This document shows, one piece after another, positions 62,212-64,000 of a DNA stretch of 64,000 bases (positions are counted from its first letter, which is position 1; the number at the start of each line of letters is the position of its first letter). A model generated the notes under the pieces. That model ran no database searches and was not told the origin of the DNA. It was given only the letters and a program-made list of their open reading frames with translations. The stretch spans positions 1 to 64,000 of the forward strand of contig CALKOM010000023.1 in NCBI GenBank assembly GCA_938091905.1, read 5' to 3'. Position numbers and translations under genes: made by a program. The DNA comes from an uncultured Verrucomicrobiales bacterium (GTDB lineage: Bacteria; Verrucomicrobiota; Verrucomicrobiia; Verrucomicrobiales; DEV007).

Positions 62212-64000
62212 ATGCGACGTTTCTTAACCGCTTCTGTTGCGATCTTGATCCTCGTAGGGTCCAGGAACAGCTGGGCTCAGATTGAGAGCCTCCCAGCAGT
62301 ACCTGGGGTCGATCCTGAAGTGTATGTGCGTTCGCTTTCACCGATCTTGGAGAAAGTGGATCCTAGCAAAGACGCGGGTTGGGACACCGAAGTCTTTAGC
62401 GTGGAAGCCAAGGCTCAGCTGGATCTTCTCGCAGAAGGCATCGCTCGGGGTGCGGCCAATTCACCCGTCTTCACGGAAAACGTCACCACCAGCGAATGGC
62501 GACCCGCGAAACGCCAGACCGTGTTGGAAGGCATGCTCAAGGTGGAGCGAGGGATTCCGAGTACCGGAAAGAGTCTTTCGAGTGCTCTCCAATCGGTTAG
62601 GGCCGCGCCGGGGGAAATGCACGTGCAGTTCAAACCGTTTCATGTCGAGTCGGCGAAAGACACCGTTCTCGTCACGGCTTATTACCACGCTGAGACTGGG
62701 CTTGAGCCGGGTGGGAAGCTAGAGCAAAGTGCCACCTGGAAGATCTCTTTTACGAAAGAATCGCCTCCAAGAATTAGAAATGTTCTTGTGAGTGATTACG
62801 AAGAGATCGTGCCTAGGAACTCTCAACTTCTCTTCATAGACGAAACGGCGAAGCTACTTGGTGGAAATGATTCCTACCATCAGCAGTTATCTTTAGGCAT
62901 CGATCACTGGCGGAGCCGATTGCAAGGGGACTTCGGAGTGGATGTGAATGGCCTGCAAGGCATCGCCATTGGCGATGCGAACGGAGACGGTCGTGAGGAT
63001 CTCTATGTGTGCCAACAGGGAGGCTTACCGAACCGCTTGTACTTACGCCAGAAAGATGGCGGTCTAGCAGATCGCTCATCCTATTCGCGCACAGATTGGA
63101 TGGAACTGACGCGCGCGGCTCTCTTCATCGATCTCGACAATGATGGCGACCAAGACATGGCGTTAGCTCAAGGCTGGTATCTCATGCTACTGGAGAATGA
63201 TGGCCAAGCGCAATTCACCAAGCGAGTCGAACAGCGTGCGGAGGGGCAGCTTCATTCGCTGGCGGCTGCAGACTTCGACAATGATGGCGATTTAGACATC
63301 TACTTCTGTGGAAGAAACCCTTCGCGGGAGCAGTCCAGTGCGGAAGGAATTCTTGGGATGCCATTGCCCTATCATGACGCGAACAATGGTGGCCCCAACA
63401 TCCTGTTGCGAAATCAAGGCCAGTGGGCGTTTCAAGATGCCACGGCAGATACGGGTTTGGATGTGAACAACCGTCGCTACAGTTATGCTTGTTCCTGGGA
63501 AGACTACGACAATGACGGAGACCAAGATCTCTATGTCGCCAACGACTTCGGGCGAAACAACTTCTATCAGAACAACGGCGGAAAGTTTACGGACATCGCC
63601 GGAAACTTGGGCGTGGAAGACCTTTCAGCGGGGATGTCGATCACTTGGGGAGATCCCAATCGCGATGGCCGCATGGACCCGTACATCAGCAACATGTTCT
63701 CTTCCGCCGGTAACCGGATTGCTTATCAGCGTCAGTTCCGAAGCGGCGATACCAATCAGTTAGCCAGCTTCAAGCGGCATGCTCGTGGAAACACTCTGTT
63801 TCTCAATCATGGCGATGGCTTCGAAGACGCCAGTGTCGCGGCCAAGGTGACGATGGGACGCTGGGCGTGGGGGGCCAAGTTTGCCGACCTGAACAACGAC
63901 GGGTGGGAGGATCTCTACGTGGCGAACGGTTTCATCACGACAGAGGACACAGGCGACTTGTGAAGTTTCTACTGGCGACAGGTCGTGTCGCGTTCTCCCA
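62212..64000 (+). CDS. Secreted FG-GAP/VCBS repeat (CRTAC1/ASPIC-UnbV-like) protein; probably read through UGA 63961 and truncated by window edge
   Basis: Signal peptide; GDANGDGREDLYV, DLDNDGDQD, ADFDNDGDLDIY, DYDNDGDQDLYVANDFG, SNMFSSAG, GRWAWG..DLNNDGWEDLYVANG; frame stays open after the TGA. Confidence 0.85.
63975..63991 (+). promoter_or_regulatory. Candidate bacterial SECIS hairpin
   Basis: GCGACA-GGTCG-TGTCGC starting 11 nt after in-frame TGA 63961-63963; loop begins with GG. Confidence 0.65.

Overview
Bacterial chromosomal window, roughly mid-50s % GC by eye. Gene content (lamin-tail/CotH giants, GYF_2 membrane protein, short ATP synthase delta) suggests Verrucomicrobiota; this is inference. 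Intact housekeeping blocks are hemL, recQ, ychF, tyrA-aroA-cmk-plsC, aroE, pyrR-pyrB-pyrC-pyrF-guaB and atpBEFHAGDC. They alternate with secreted hydrolases and several decayed accessory genes, including an RNA ligase-kinase relic. The last 17 kb is a cluster of very large secreted proteins: two CotH/lamin-tail proteins, a CxxCH temptin-like/LamG protein and an FG-GAP/CRTAC1-like propeller, with a small nucleotidyltransferase pair inserted on the other strand. The most striking signal is in the FG-GAP gene. It 'stops' at TGA 63961-63963, but the frame continues (SFYWRQVVSRSP) and a 6-bp hairpin with a G-led loop starts exactly 11 nt after the UGA, which is the geometry of a bacterial SECIS. 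This points to a selenocysteine-containing secreted propeller protein. Other highlights: a perfect Rex/CRP-type palindrome upstream of atpB, a (TC)n repeat frameshift in a signal peptide, a C-terminal domain shared by four unrelated secreted proteins, a candidate GU-rich sRNA, and a probable ISL3 left end at the window start. All family calls come from motif recognition by eye; no database searches were run.
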